Of a DNA stretch of 64,000 bases, positions 1 to 14,010 are shown one piece after another (the stretch's first letter is position 1; every line of letters starts with the position of its first letter). The notes under the pieces were generated by a model. The model was given only the letters and a program-made list of their open reading frames with translations. It did no database searches and was not told the origin of the DNA. Both the position numbers and the translations under genes were made by a program. This DNA is from Takakia lepidozioides (taxonomy: Eukaryota > Plantae > Bryophyta), in the NCBI GenBank assembly GCA_030704615.1, contig CM060732.1, forward strand, positions 18,290,001-18,354,000, given 5' to 3'.

Positions 1-52
1 AACCTAGAACACATGCAGCCTTCACCAAAAGTAATGCAACTTTTACTCCCAG

Positions 53-3000
53 GTGACAGGAGAGAAGATTTCACGTTCTGTGAAGCTACCTACAGAGCGC
101 ATTGACTGGATTCGCATGGGTTGGACATCTCTCCTGTACCTGCACAAGGCACCACGCTCAGCATATTTTCAAGCAATTCAAGCAATTTTTGCAAAGGAAG
201 ATCATTTATCTTGTATTAAATGTCCACATAGAAGATGCACATGAATATAAGTTGATTGTGTGTTCTGTACAATCATACTCTGAATTTTGGTCAACTTTGT
301 TTCACTAAACAGCTTTCTGACAACAGGTACAACAGTGGCAACCAATGCCTTGCTGGAAAGGAAGGGAGAGCGTACAGCTCTTTGTGTAACTAAGGTGTCT
401 CTCTCTCTGAAACTGAAGAACACTTCTTCTTCCATTGCCCTCTATACTATGAATCCGTGGGAGATTCCACTGTCTATTCCGTGGAACCCAATCTCTCACT
501 GAAGTCTTTCACTATGAAGATCGGAAATGCTTGGCAGCTTACCTGCACGAGGCACTCACCCTTAGACAATCACTCGAACAATAGTTCTTATCTCTGGCTC
601 TGGTTTTCTGTTTCCCCTCTCATGTTTTCTTTCCATTTTGTCCCATAAGCTCTATGAGCTTTCCGCCAAGCTCGTCCTAAGATATTTGACCTCACTGTTT
701 CAAAGCCACCATCCCTGTACGTATGCTGAAGAGACGCCTCCACTTTTTCTGCTCCTCCATTATTCCAAATCTCGTTGGGTTTGATGAGGATAATGTTGAA
801 AGAAGGGCATCTCTGCCTGCATTTGCATGAGATAGCAAGGGGAGGGGTTTAACTTTTGTGGAGGAAGGAGGTGCACATAAAGATGTATATAAATAGGACA
901 TGCCTATTGTGGGGTTGGTGAACTGCATATGTGTTGGACTATTGGGCAAGGAAATGCATCAAGAGGCAAATAGACTCTTGGTTTCACTCAATATTGGAGG
1001 TCTTGAATAAGACGGCAGGGTGCAGGTATGAGGAAGTAATAGAGGCAGATGAGCGGGTCCAGCTGGCTCTCAATGGAGTACAGAGTCCAGGTGTAGGAGG
1101 GCTTCACACAGTGAAAGGGGTGTCGGGTGAGATGGTGGAGATTGTGAAACCTCTGGATGAAGAGAGCCTCAGGCCTTTGTTGCAGGTAGGGAAGACTGTA
1201 ATGTGTCCCGCTTTTCACTTGATGTTAGTGCAGGAAGGGCTACTATAAATCAGGCCAGTGGGCCATGGTCACTGACAAACCACAAAAGACCACAACATAT
1301 CTACTGTCAAAGCTTCTGAAACAAAACAATGGCAGTTTGTCATCTATGCATGTCACTTTGTTTACTGAGGTAGATCATGACAACGTATTACGGTCATGTA
1401 AAGCAATTTGGGTGTAGTGTTGCGACCATATTTAGGTGTGCACATGTCATTGGATATATTTTCCTATTATATAGAATGCAGGTCCTGGGAACCATCAGTC
1501 CTAGAGACACCATAATCCTAAGTTGAGATTACTTGCCAAGCCTAGTTAGAAGACCAGAGTTATCTCTGATCTTTTCTTAAACATTTTCCAAGTTGTGGCT
1601 GTCATTGAATAGTATCAGCTTGACAGCAATTATACCCTGCTTGGAGCATCCTATGTCTAAGATATTGTCCTGTGCAAGTAGTCTGGGACTTCCTGGATCT
1701 GCAAGTTTGATAAAGTTGAAGCTTGTTTTATTGGGGTGTGTAATTCAGGTTACACATGGCCAGTTTTAGCAGCCATAGCTTGTGATCTAAATGGTCTTTG
1801 TTGGACATGAAGGGACTTCTGGAGAAAGGGATTCGAAGCCTAGCAGTGGTCTTCTTGCATTCTTATACTTACCCTGTTCATGAACAGGTGATTTCCCATC
1901 CTTTTACCTCCTTAGGCATTGTGGGTACAAAATATTGCGGATGTCTGGTTATGTGATACTTTTTTGAATGTAAGAACCGGATGTCTGGTTATGTGATATT
2001 TTTTTGAATGTAAGAACCTAGGCTCTTGTTCAGGAGATTATCCTGATGAGAGAATGTACTCATAAGACACAGTCTTCGGGGCCATACACCCTGCGCCCAG
2101 TTTGAGTGGGACAAGAGGGAACAGACACTACGTTTGTGAGGGGCTTGCGCCAGTAGTGGTACTTACCATGATATATTATTTGTGTGGGCTTTCCAGATTT
2201 CCTCTAGGAAGCCCTTCACACAAGCATCAATCTGCTGTGTGTGATCCGCCCAGAAGTAAGACCCCCCACCAGGGCCAAGGCTTTAGGCTCAGTCTCAAGA
2301 ACTTTGAAAGTTGGCTACAGATGTGCAGGGACTATGTTGTTGATGGTCCTGAGTGGGTCGCGCTCTCTGATGAGAATATCACCGGACATTGTATTAGAAA
2401 ATAGTCTTCAGGCCACCTGCAGATCAGGCATTGACACTACACTAAAATTTAAACGGGGAGTCTACCTTTGAATAATAAACAGATGCAGAGAAGAAAGGGT
2501 GCTGAGGGTAGGTTGGCCCTTCAGGTCATCCTTAATGGCCTCACCCATATCACAGACGGGAAACAATTTCAGGGAAATTTTATGCCTAACTCAACCCGAA
2601 CAGCCACATTAGCTGTTCTACAGCATGCTGACATGCTCTCTTTTACCACCGAAAGCTGAATGGATTCTAAAGTCTACGGATGGTTGGAGTTACCTTGAGA
2701 TTGTACTCATAAGACGTTGTTTGCCGTAGCCTTGTGGCGGAGTTACCTTGAGAGAGAGAGAGAGAGAGAGAGAAGAGCAGGGGGGGAGGATAGAGCATGG
2801 AGTCTTCACTGTGGTGTCTGTTGCCTGAAAATACGGACATGGTATTTGCAGGCAGTGGAGCGTCTAGCAAAAACTCTAGGGTTCAAGCAAGTGTCCACAT
2901 CATCCGCACTGATGCCCATGGTGCGTGCAGTTCCAAGGGGTCAGACAGCAACTGTTGATGCCTATCTTACCCCTGTCATACGTGCATACCTTTCCGGCTT

Positions 3001-6000
3001 TCTCTCAGGTACGCCAACACATCCTTAAGAGTCATAGTAAGTATTTCATTCTAACTGCAAAACCATTTGTTACAGTCAATCGAGTCGGGTTATGTTGCTA
3101 CTGCAGTTGAGAGTTGAGCTTCCGCTGCTACCCATTTGGATACTGTTTCAAAATGAATACTGTTGCAATTTGGTCAAGTCTCCTGCTCTAGTATTACTCA
3201 CAATGCTGGTTGGTGGGTTGAACACTTGGCCTCTGTGATTGTACCTCTATGGCTGCTAAAGTATCAAGACTCTGTTTTCCTAATCACACAGCCAATACAT
3301 AAAGCCATACACCGTCAATGGGTTTGGAGGAAAAACTTGGATGGGCTGGAGGCAGAGGATCCTGCCAGCGAAATGTGTTTGTGTGTATTCTTGTGTATCC
3401 TTAAGGTTGCACGAAATCGGTCGCGTAGGGTGTAGGACAGTGACTAATCTTGGTGGCTCTGGAGCTGATGTGTGGCACTGGGTCGTCTGGCTTGTGCTAG
3501 GGTTTGATGAGGGACTCAATAAAGTGACAGTATCGTTCATGCAGTCAGATGGAGGCCTGACACCAGAACATCGATTTTGTGGCCACAAGGTTACTTCCTT
3601 GTAATCCTTAGTGCTTTAATAGGTGTCAATTCGAGTTGTGAACTATTGACTTGTCACATAGTTCACACTCAAGTCACTGCTTGTTGTTTGGTCAGTAGAG
3701 GACTGTCAAAGCTGCCCGAGACAATGTATTCTTGAGTATCTTTAAGGTCACCTATACTTACTCATTCCTTGTAAGTGCTGTGGACTCTCAGCAATCATTC
3801 ATCGTCCAGTTGTTAAGGACAAAGTGGTTCAATTAAAGAATTTTCTGGTTAAGTTCCCCCAACTAATCAAGTCTACGTTTTGTGTGTCAGGCAATCTTGT
3901 CTGGGCCTGCAGGAGGGGTAGTGGGCTATGCCCGGACCACATGTGGCCTTGAGACACAACAGCCGGTAAGCGTTGTTTATTGAGTCTAACTGCCCTACTT
4001 TTTCAGCAGAGGGAATCAATTTGTCAGAGAAGTGTTAAGCATCAGGAGTTGGAAAATCAAGATGCAGTGGAAGGAAAAATGGATTTTGCTATCAGGTCTG
4101 GCAGATCTCAGATCATTGTGGATCGCTGGCTGTCTGCAGATTATTGGGTTTGACATGGGAGGAACATCCACAGATGTAAGTCGATACACAGGCAGCTATG
4201 AGCAAGTTCTGGAAACTCAAACTGCTGGTGTCATTATTCAGGTGCCCCACCTTCTTTCCTCCAGATAATGTTTTAAATCAAACGCAAAGCAATAGGTGAA
4301 GTAAGGGGTTGCAATGATTCTTTTGTCTTCAATGCTTTTGGTAAAAACCATTGAAGTACATAGACTGAGGAAATTTCCAGATCAAAGTTAATGTATTTGA
4401 GATGGGTGGAGCTGAAGAATGGAAAGTTTTGTTTTGCAGGCACCGCAGCTTGATATCAACACAGTTGCTGCAGGCGGAGGCTCTAAACTCAAGTTCCAAG
4501 CTGGTGTGTTTAAGGTGAGTGCCATTTCTTTCCCACACTCAAACATTCATGGACATATCCTGCAGTCCTTAAATCCTAAGAAGAATAGAGCAATCCTAGT
4601 GGAATGTGTCAATTTTGGATGTTCAATGGCAAGGTCTCTTTTGTTGGCTTTCTGAATGCTCCTGTTCTATGTGTGGTATGACAGAGCTAGCTTTTGGTGG
4701 CATTTTACACTAGGGGCATGGCAGTGTTTTCTCAGGACCACCCTTGTTGAGTCATGCCTTTATGTTCTGCAGTACTACACCCCTGCCTTGGAAGTACATG
4801 TTGAGTGGAAACCTGTGGGACCTGTCCTTGGACATGTCTTATGTCCTAGGCTTTGTTCTGTAATTTTTCAAGGGGAGGGGAGGGGAGGGGAGGGGTGGAC
4901 AGGTTCACTAGCCAGCAAAGTGGGATATCTCTCTTTTGCAAAGAGGGGCAAAGCTTCATCACTTTGAGGGCTATTGAATTTAGTCTTTATGTTTCATAGG
5001 AAACTTGCTTTGAGTTCCTTGCTTTGAGCTTCATTACTTGGTAATACAAATGGTGGCACCTGACTCAGTTCACATTATGCTCGGGGTTGGGTAGGTGGGC
5101 CCAGAGTCAGTGAGTGCACATCCTGGACCAGTTTGCTACCGAAAGGGAGGCGAATTGGCAGTTACAGATGCCAACTTACTATTGGGACGTGTCATACCTG
5201 ACTACTTCCCCTTCATCTTTGGACCCCATGTAGGTTAAACTGTACGACCTTGGTTGCAAAAAGTTATTGACGTTGCCAATGAATCAATGTAAATTGGTCC
5301 ATCTAATTCTTCTAATTCTTCTCACTTTACCTTGGAGGAGCTTGCATGTTAGAAGCCTTAGTTAGGGGTATTTTGTTGAGCCTTCACCACGATTTCCTAC
5401 AGTTTCAGTAGGGAGCGTGTAACTACCACCATTATGTTATCCACTGCATGTATGGTATCTCAATGTGGTTCCTCCCATCAATGGCTTTTTGCATGTCCCC
5501 AGGTAGGCCCATTCACAAAGATTACATTTGTCTTCTATGAGTGACAGACATGGCTCAGTGCCCCCTGTGGAGTATGGCTCAGAACCTTGCAAAATGCCTA
5601 TGTATGGACATTCAGATTTAGGTTTTCGACGGAATCTGCAAAGAGAAAATCCTTCATTTTATAGAATATGAAAGTGGCGTACTGAAGGTAATTCTAGTAG
5701 TGGTGCAGGAAAACCAACCTCTGGATGTAGAGGCCACACGGACAGCCTTTAAGACCTTGGGCCCTGCCATCAACTCCCATCGACTTGACCAGGATCCTCA
5801 ATGTATGTAGGTCTCTATTCCAAATGTTGTTGCTCATCCAGACCTGCACCTACAGTGCTGGAGGAGGAGAGGTGGTAGGATGGAATAAAGGAAAGGGTCA
5901 AGAAAGTCATTGGAAAATTTTTGCGCTGTTTCTGTTTTGATTGGTGGTATCTGAAGAGTGTGTGCATGATTTCACTATTCGCAAAAAATATGACTGATGG

Positions 6001-9000
6001 ACGTATGACTGTTGTGATAGCCAAGGAGATGAGTGTGGAGGAGATTGCACTTGGGTTCTTGGATGTTGCTAATGAGGCCATGTGTCGACCCATTCGCCAG
6101 GTATTCCTTACCTCTTTCTGACAGGCAGCTTTGGATTTAGCATCACAGCGCCAGCAGTGGCTTTGAATGGACCCATTGTCATTGCAACATGTCCACGTCC
6201 TGGACTGGGTGATTCCCTGAGTAGCTTGAGAACTTCTTGTATCTGCGAGAGCTTATGAACGAAACCTTGTCGTACCATTGTTCTTCATGCATCTTGTGTT
6301 GTATCATGTTCATGTAAGAGTTATTTTCCTGTCCTTGGAGTTTATCTCCACCCGGATAATGGATCTGTAGGCATCCTAAAATGGGGAACTGTTATTGCAG
6401 CTGACAGAGATGAAGGGGTACGAGACAAGCAAGCACACTCTGGCCTGCTTTGGAGGCGCGGGACCACAACATGCTTGTGCCATTGCAAGGGCCCTTGGCA
6501 TGCGTGAGTGTCTGTGTCTGTATAGGGTTGTTGGCCACAAGGCTACGGCAAACAACATCTTATGAGTACATTCTGTATAGGGTTGTTGTCCTTTCTTACA
6601 ATGTGCTCAGAACCCTCAGGTTCTTAGAGCTGCGATAGCACTCATCATGATATATGATTGTATCATCGTATTTCATACTCATCCAACAAACCCTGAAATT
6701 TATTGCACATCATTCTCAGCACATAGCCAGGCATACTGGTGATCCCCATGAGATTTTAATGGAGTAAGTGGGGACTTGTATTGCAGGGGAGGTAGTGGTG
6801 CACAGGTACTGTGGGATATTGAGCGCCTATGGGATGGGGCTCGCGGATGTGGTGGAGGAGGCTCAGGAACCATATGCAGCAGCCTATGGACCAGAGGCAA
6901 TGTCTGAAGTGATGAAACGTGCTGCTGATTTGACAGAGCATGTCACAAAACAACTGAGACTTCAGGTACTTGTCATGCTTAGAGAAAACTTGTTCCATTC
7001 AAGGGAGCTTATACGATGAACCTTTTTGAATTAAGTGACCAATTATGCTGCAGACATGCAAATGATATTCGTCATTAATTGAGCTCAGCCTATCGTGGGA
7101 GTCTGTGCTCCTCTTCCCTCTGTAGCATCCATAGCTCTTTCCTTCTCAATTTTATATTGTGCCATGTGCTAGCTCCTGTGAATCAGTAGACATCTTTCTC
7201 CTTTCTCCTTCACACAATGCACATTGATTACTGGTGTTTTGGTTTTTGGCACCAGGGATTCAAAGAGGAGGATATCAGCACGGAGTTACTACTCAACCTT
7301 CGATATGAGGTATGGTGCTCACTTCTATTTCCCTGTAGTCTTCAAAGGAGAATTATTCATAATCCACCAACTGGGCACTTTCCTCCAACTTGTTTGTCCA
7401 CGTTGCTGAGGGATGAAATCATTTCATTATCACTTGAGGACAATGGGTGGTGACAAACTGTGCTGCATGAGATGCAGGGCACTGACACAGCGTTGATGAT
7501 TAGTGCTCCTGATGATGGCAGTAACGACTATGCTACTGCCTTTGTGAAGCAATTCCGTCGGGAGTAAGTTTTCTGCTCTACCCTTGTTTTTCCCCCTCTT
7601 TTATCTCTCTCCTCTCCCCATCGAAACCCTGGGGTCTATTCCACAACTCTATTGCAAGCAAAGCACTGAATATCCATGAGACCCTTCATCTCTGTGGAGT
7701 GATTAGTTAGTCCTAGTGCTTGGTATGGGTTATTGTTCCATCATCTGTGCATTAGCTGTTCATCTTGTTATAGAGTTGACCAAAAGTTTGCTCAACTCAG
7801 GAGCCAGCCTTAACGTGGGTATTGGCTTCCTCACAATTGCAAGCAGCCAAAGACACCCTTGACATCTGATGTACGTACGTGAAGCTTCAAGGTGGATGAA
7901 TGCTGGGGGACACTCTCTTGTAAACCAAGTTGATGTAATCTTCTTATAATGTTTCGTTCTTGACATGAGGCAACTGTCTGTAGGTATGGGTTTGAATTAC
8001 AAAAGAGGGCCATTCTAATAAGTGATGTCAGGGTCCGGGGCACTGGTGTCACCAACATTTTGAGGTACGATTAGTTTTCCCTGTTTAGAACTGCTGGATG
8101 CTTGTTCATGCTGGTTTCTCTGTGGTTGGCATAGTCCTGCTACATTGATTCATCTATTCATACTCAAAGAGGCTATAGGAAAGTCCCAACTGAACCACAG
8201 TGTTAAACCTGTGCTCCTGGTTCTCACTTGACAACAAGATGCCCAAACTGAATTTGGGATTGACAATCCATTTTCTGTTCTATACACCTTAAGCCTTAAA
8301 CCATTCACTATGTGCCTGGCACAGGCCGGTTGTGCTGTCCAAGGGAGTGGGGGAACCGCAAGCAGAGGGAAGGCGCCACAAAGTATACTTCGGCACTGGC
8401 TGGCATGATACTCCAGTACGCTTCTACCTCCAGCAGAGTACTCCTTGTCCTCTTAGTTCTTTCCTCATTGGACTTGGAAACTTTCATTTTTGGGTGCTAA
8501 AGTAGAAGCAATAAAATTAGCGGGGATGGAAGTAGAATGGAAACAAACTCCCCAAGATGCATTGTGTTTGGTTGCAGGTGTATATGTTGGAGAAGCTAGG
8601 CTATGGTCATACCCTTGCTGGGCCTGCGGTCATCATGAACGGCAATAGCACGGTATTGTCTCCTTCTGATTTGAAACAACTTTTTGCACTTTCAGTCACC
8701 ATCGCACTACCCGGCGCTAATGTGGGGGACATGTTTCCTTAAAAGTATCTGAGGAAGGTGGATAGATTGCAAAGTAGATTGCTACTGGGGTATGGATGTA
8801 TTTGGATTACCATCGAGGACACTTGAATGTCTTCCTCCACAGAAAGATTGTGTTAGATAATATTGTGTTGGCTTGTTTTTCAGATTGTAGTGGAACCTGA
8901 ATGCAAGGCAGCGGTGACTAAATTTGGGAATGTATGCATAGCCATTGGGACTGGTCAATCCCTGCTAGCCTCTCAAGCAGCAAAGGCCAACACAAAAGCA

Positions 9001-12000
9001 GATGTTGTAAAGCTGTCCATCTTCAACAACAGGTTCATGGGTATTGCAGAGCAAATGGGGCGCACTCTGCAGCGCACCTCTATATCCACCAACATCAAGG
9101 TTAGCGTTACTATCATTCACGTTCACCATTGTGTGGCTGTCATGGATGTTCCCTTAATGTTTGTTTTTTCACCAGCTGCAATCAATCTTCATCATGGCTT
9201 CAACTTTCATTTGGGGCGTCGTCTGTGAGTTAACATGTATGCAGTAGGTACAATTGTAAGATTCTCTTCTGTGGGCATTTGTCAGTAACCGATGTTGGAC
9301 GAAGGGGCTAGCTATAAAGCTCAGTCACTGGGTGAAACCCCACGAATACTAGGTTATACTGGAACCTTAATTATGAATGATTGGTGATTGCAGGAGCGAC
9401 TGGACTTCTCATGTGCCCTCTTTAGTCCAGATGGGGGTTTGGTGGCCAACGCTCCGCATGTGCCTGTGCACTTGGGAGCTATGTCCAGCACTGTGCGCTG
9501 GCAACTAAATTACTGGTAATAGATAATAGATATAGGCTTCTGTATATGGCGGGTATTTACTCTTTCAGTCTACTAAAGCTACAGCTGTAAAGCAGCAGTT
9601 TCATATTCTGGTGGGTATGGGAGGCCAGGGGAAAGAACTTGAAAGAGGGTGATGTGCTGGTGACCAACCACCCTGCAGCAGGAGGCAGCCATCTTCCTGA
9701 CATCACTGTCATCACTCCAGTATGTGTACCAGTCCCTATTCTGCCACTGTCCAACATGGATGCTCTCAATGCTTACTTCAGGAGATCTCTAGGCAATGGC
9801 ATCCCTTCAGCTTCCCACAACTCCTATCATGGAATGTCATGAATCAATGATTGTAGAACAAGCAAAGCCGATGTGGATGATGAGTTTAACACTTGGCCTT
9901 TGAGTTGTAAACTTTAGTTTCATGCTGAGGTGTACAGGTCTTCAAGGACAGACACCTTATATTCTTTGTGGCAAGCAGGGGCCATCATGCTGAAATTGGT
10001 GGCATCACTCCCGGCAGGTAGCTCTCTTCCCCTTGCTCCACAGCCATTCATTGGTCTGTTGCAAGCTCTAGAGGGCTAAAGAAGCAGTGCTGGAATCCAA
10101 CTCACCTCTCTTGTTTGAACAATACTAGAGCAGAGATCTCTACCTGATTCCCGGTAACAAAATTGTCAAACGGCCTTGTGCAAGCAATTTCGCAATATCA
10201 GCCTGACTCTTTTATATACCCTGCTAAGTTAAATCCCCATGAAGGCCTCCAGTAGTATCCTGTTGGGTGTCTTTTCCCTCAATGGTACGTCATACTCAAT
10301 AATTTAGGCAGCAAGTGAATTAAGTGTATTCTGTGGGACCTCCTTTTTCGGTTTTGGTTTTGATATCAGGGAACAAAGTGCAGCATGCCACCATTTTCAA
10401 AGGCGATATGGGAGGAGGGTGCAGCCATAAAGACATTCAAGCTTGTTGAGGGTGGTGAGTTTCAGGTGAGATAACTATTCAGAGAGATTTTTCTCTCTCG
10501 AAGCTCCTTTCTTCCTACATCCTATAAAGTACCATTTCATTTCATTTCCTACATCCCATGTCATCCATGGATACGTCTCATCAATTTCAACTGCTGTCCC
10601 CTATCCTGTATCTTCATATATATTTGGTACCCAGACACCGGCTTCCTCACTTTGTTTCCAGCTCATTTTGAAGCGGCTACTTCGAAAGATTTGTGGTTTC
10701 ACCTGTCAGGCATCAACTGAACTTTAGGCCTTTTATTCCTGCAGGAGGAGGGTATTGTAAAACTTTTAAAGGCAGAAACTTGGGAAACGGAGGGAGAAGA
10801 CGAGGACGCACGTGCACGTGTGATTCCCGGCACACGGAGAATTGAAGACAACCTTTCTGATCTTAGAGCGCAGGTAGGACTCAACATTGTTTCCCCTCCC
10901 TTCAAAAGAAGATAGACGCTCTCACACACCCACTCTCTCTCTCCAGGGACTTGCAAACTTGTCAAGATTACCAGGAAGATTGAGTCTTCAGTATTTTTGT
11001 TCCACTAAAACCACATGGAAACTGCAGCTGGCCCGTCTTGTTACTTTCACGATGGGCAGCAGTGTCATTCTTTTGAACTAAAGCATACATTCTCCTTGCA
11101 GGTAGCTGCAAATCAGCGGGGCATCGTGCTGATAGAGCAATATGGTCTGGAAGTGGTGCAAGCGTACATGCTCCATGTCCAGGTACTATACATGGAAAGG
11201 GAAAACTATCATCTTCGTTGCACTTTCTTCTGTTTTAAGATTGGTCTGTCAATTTGTTTGAGTCGGTCCCTAGCAAAATGTCCTTGTCTCTCATGTGTAG
11301 AACATATGGTGTCTTGGAGTATGGAATTTTGGCATGGACCAATGTGTAGAGCAAAAAACCAGATGGGTTGTGCCTGTGACTGCTCAGACGAAACAGTGAC
11401 AGCACGAAATGCAGCTTTGTCCAAGGCGTTTCTGAGGGGATTCAGATCTGCCTTCAGACTCAGCATGTACTGGAAAAGGGTTCCACCCACTTACCCTCCT
11501 AGACTCTTCTCTCCCCACCACAGTTGCTGGTCCTACTGGTGTGCATTATTCTTGTGGCTTTAGTGGCACTTACAAACAACGTCTTATATGCAAGCAGGCA
11601 AATGCAGAGGCGGCAGTGCGTGAAATGCTCAAGTCAATGGTGGCTCATTCTTTCCCACAGTTGGCTTCAGTAAAGCAAGGAAACCTTGTGGTCCTGGAGG
11701 CTGAAGACTACATGGACGATGGTTCTTCTATCCATCTGAAGCTCACCATCGACAGTGTGAAAGGGGAGGCCCACTTCGACTTTGGAGGCACTAGTCCAGA
11801 GGTAGTCCACACTTATTCTCATTTGTTGCACAACTTTTGGATCCGTAATCAAGGTTTTTTTTGTATCAAATGCATTTTGAGATAATTCAATGTTTTTAGC
11901 AACTCAACCTCTTTGCTGACAAACTCCTCATCACTATCTTTAACTTCCCATCTCTCTCTCTTTAGACATATGTGAAAGAATTTCTTACAAATATCATGTT

Positions 12001-14010
12001 CTGTCACTCCTAAGCCTTACATTCTTGGGTCGAGTGCAGGTCTACTCAAACTGGAATGCCCCTGAGGCAGTGACATCTGCAGCCATCATTTACTGTCTGC
12101 GTTGTCTGGTATGCCAGCCTTCCTGGGGATGTATCTCTACACTCACTAAGAGTGGGATTCGGGATGAGATTCTCATTCGTGCCCACCCGTGACTACATAG
12201 GTTCAATCTTCAAACAAACCATCAAAGAAAGGAACAAGGATACCCCTTTTGAGACCAAGTAGTGCGGTCAATAAAAGTGAGGGGGAGAAATACTTCTTAC
12301 ATTGTTCAATGATGTCAGGTGGTTTTGGGGTTGGATGGAAACAGGTAGACGTGGACATACCCCTAAATCAGGGCTGCTTGGCACCAGTGTCTATCTATAT
12401 TCCAAAAGGTTCACTGCTGTCTCCCAGTGACAAAGCAGCTGTTGTGGGTGGCAACGTGCTTACTTCACAGCGTGTCACTGATGTTGTGTTGACTGCCTTT
12501 CAAGCGTGCGCTTGCTCCCAAGGGTATGAATCTGACTGTCATTAAACTGGTTGGTCTTGATGACCTTGTCGCGTTCTTGGGGGAGGTTTGGGCTTTATTT
12601 CCTGAAGACTCATTTTGTACAGGGGTGTATTCTGGCCAACAGGTCTGGTTTGGAATGTCTTATACTAGGGTGGGAGCTCTTTTGAAAGTGTCATCATGTA
12701 TGGAAAATTTAATTCTTGATGTTGTCACTATCAAATATTTCCAAACCTCTATCTGTAGGTGTATGAACAATCTGACGTTTGGAGATAAGACATTTGGGTA
12801 CTATGAGACAATTGGTGGGGGGAGTGGTGCGGGACCCACCTGGCATGGTGCCAGTGGTGTGCAATGCCACATGACCAACACCCGGATTACCGATCCTGAA
12901 ATCTTTGAGCAGCGCTACCCTGTGTGTTCCCTCTCCCATCCCATATGTAGAAGCATCTAGCATGGAATTTCCATATTCATAGAACGGTCTTGTACTAGGC
13001 AGCTCGTTTTCCTTCTGACAGATTGTAAATCTCTCGATTTTTTTATGTGGTTAATGATTACTTTTAGCTTCAAAACTGACTTATGTCTTTGTCCCCATCT
13101 GTTCTCCCCATCTGCTGTGTGTGTGTGGAGGAATTTGAAGGAAGTATGCCTCCTCCCCCCTCTTTTTGGCCTACCCTTCTTTCCTCACTCAGATCATTGA
13201 AATTGTGCATCCCAGTCTTATCAGCATTTTTCAACCAACCTGACCAACAGTACTTGATGAAATCAGGTTCTCCTACACAGTTTTGGGTTGCGAGAAAACA
13301 GTGGTGGTGCAGGCAAACATACAGGCGGAGATGGAATCATACGAGACATTGAGTTTCGCCGACCTGTCACTGTAAGTCCAGGCAGATTGGGTTTTCTCTT
13401 TCTTAACCTGTTTGTCTCTCTACTTCATGAAAGCAGTTTGACCTCAGTCATGCTGTTAATAGCTGAAAACAACTTTCCACAATTCAGCTTCCACATTGCA
13501 AGTAGATTGAGTTGTGTGTTTCATGGCCCTGGTGGTGCAGGTGAGCATTCTGTCAGAGCGCCGGGTTCATGCGCCACGAGGGCTGGCAGGAGGCAAAGAT
13601 GGTGCTCGAGGCCAAAACTTATTGTTGACGAAAGATGGGCGATATTTGTACTTGGGAGGTGTGCTGTACTGTCGTCTCACCTGCCTTGAATCTAGCATGA
13701 TTCCTTTCAAAGCTCATGAGGACTCGCCAGCGATCCGTGCATCTTGTGTTTGTGATAACTGACAGTCGTGCCCCACCTTCCGTACCAGTAATTGCAGTAT
13801 GATATCCGTAAAAATTAGATAGGTTTTGGCAGGTTCAGTTAGAGCCTTAAATAATGACTGGTGTGATGGCTTTACTCTCTTGGTCTATTTACTAATAAAG
13901 CCAGGGGCATGTATAATTTTGCAGGGAAAAATACTGTGCATGTGGAGGCAGGTGAAAGACTTCAAATTTTGACGCCTGGTGGTGGTGGATGGGGTTGCTC
14001 CACCACATGA
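53..14010 (+). CDS. OXP1: 5-oxoprolinase (ATP-hydrolysing), multi-exon, 5' end outside the window; exon 3 appears truncated by a LINE
   Basis: Spliced exons with GT-AG borders give [142 protein letters not shown] and [10 protein letters not shown], ending at TGA 14008-14010. Confidence 0.95.
409..662 (+). mobile_element. 3' fragment of a second RTEX-like LINE family (C-terminal zinc-binding region plus 3' UTR)
   Basis: With one 1-bp slip it translates [15 protein letters not shown](I)[42 protein letters not shown] (stop 582-584). It starts at a (CT)n tract just after an OXP1 donor. Confidence 0.7.
1938..2018. repeat. 40-bp direct tandem duplication in an OXP1 intron
   Basis: cggatgtctggttatgtgata(c/t)ttttttgaatgtaagaac occurs twice with one mismatch. 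Confidence 0.9.
2051..2692 (-). mobile_element. Old diverged 5'-truncated copy of RTEX-like family A, with a microinversion and an internal deletion
   Basis: Alignable by eye to 34199-35147; segment 2439-2497 is in the opposite orientation; jump near 2592. Confidence 0.8.
2701..2738 (-). mobile_element. 38-bp micro-insertion of the LINE-A 3' terminus
   Basis: ttgtactcataagacgttgtttgccgtagccttgtggc flanked by 15-bp TSD ggagttaccttgaga (2686-2700 / 2739-2753). Confidence 0.92.
6534..6571 (+). mobile_element. 38-bp micro-insertion of the LINE-A 3' terminus
   Basis: gccacaaggctacggcaaacaacatcttatgagtacat flanked by 17-bp TSD tctgtatagggttgttg (6517-6533 / 6572-6588), just downstream of the donor at 6504. 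Confidence 0.92.

Noticed and set aside
510-530. MKIGN as the missing OXP1 micro-exon
   Set aside because: It is an alternate frame of the LINE fragment (HYEDRKCL), with no suitable splice sites and a downstream stop.
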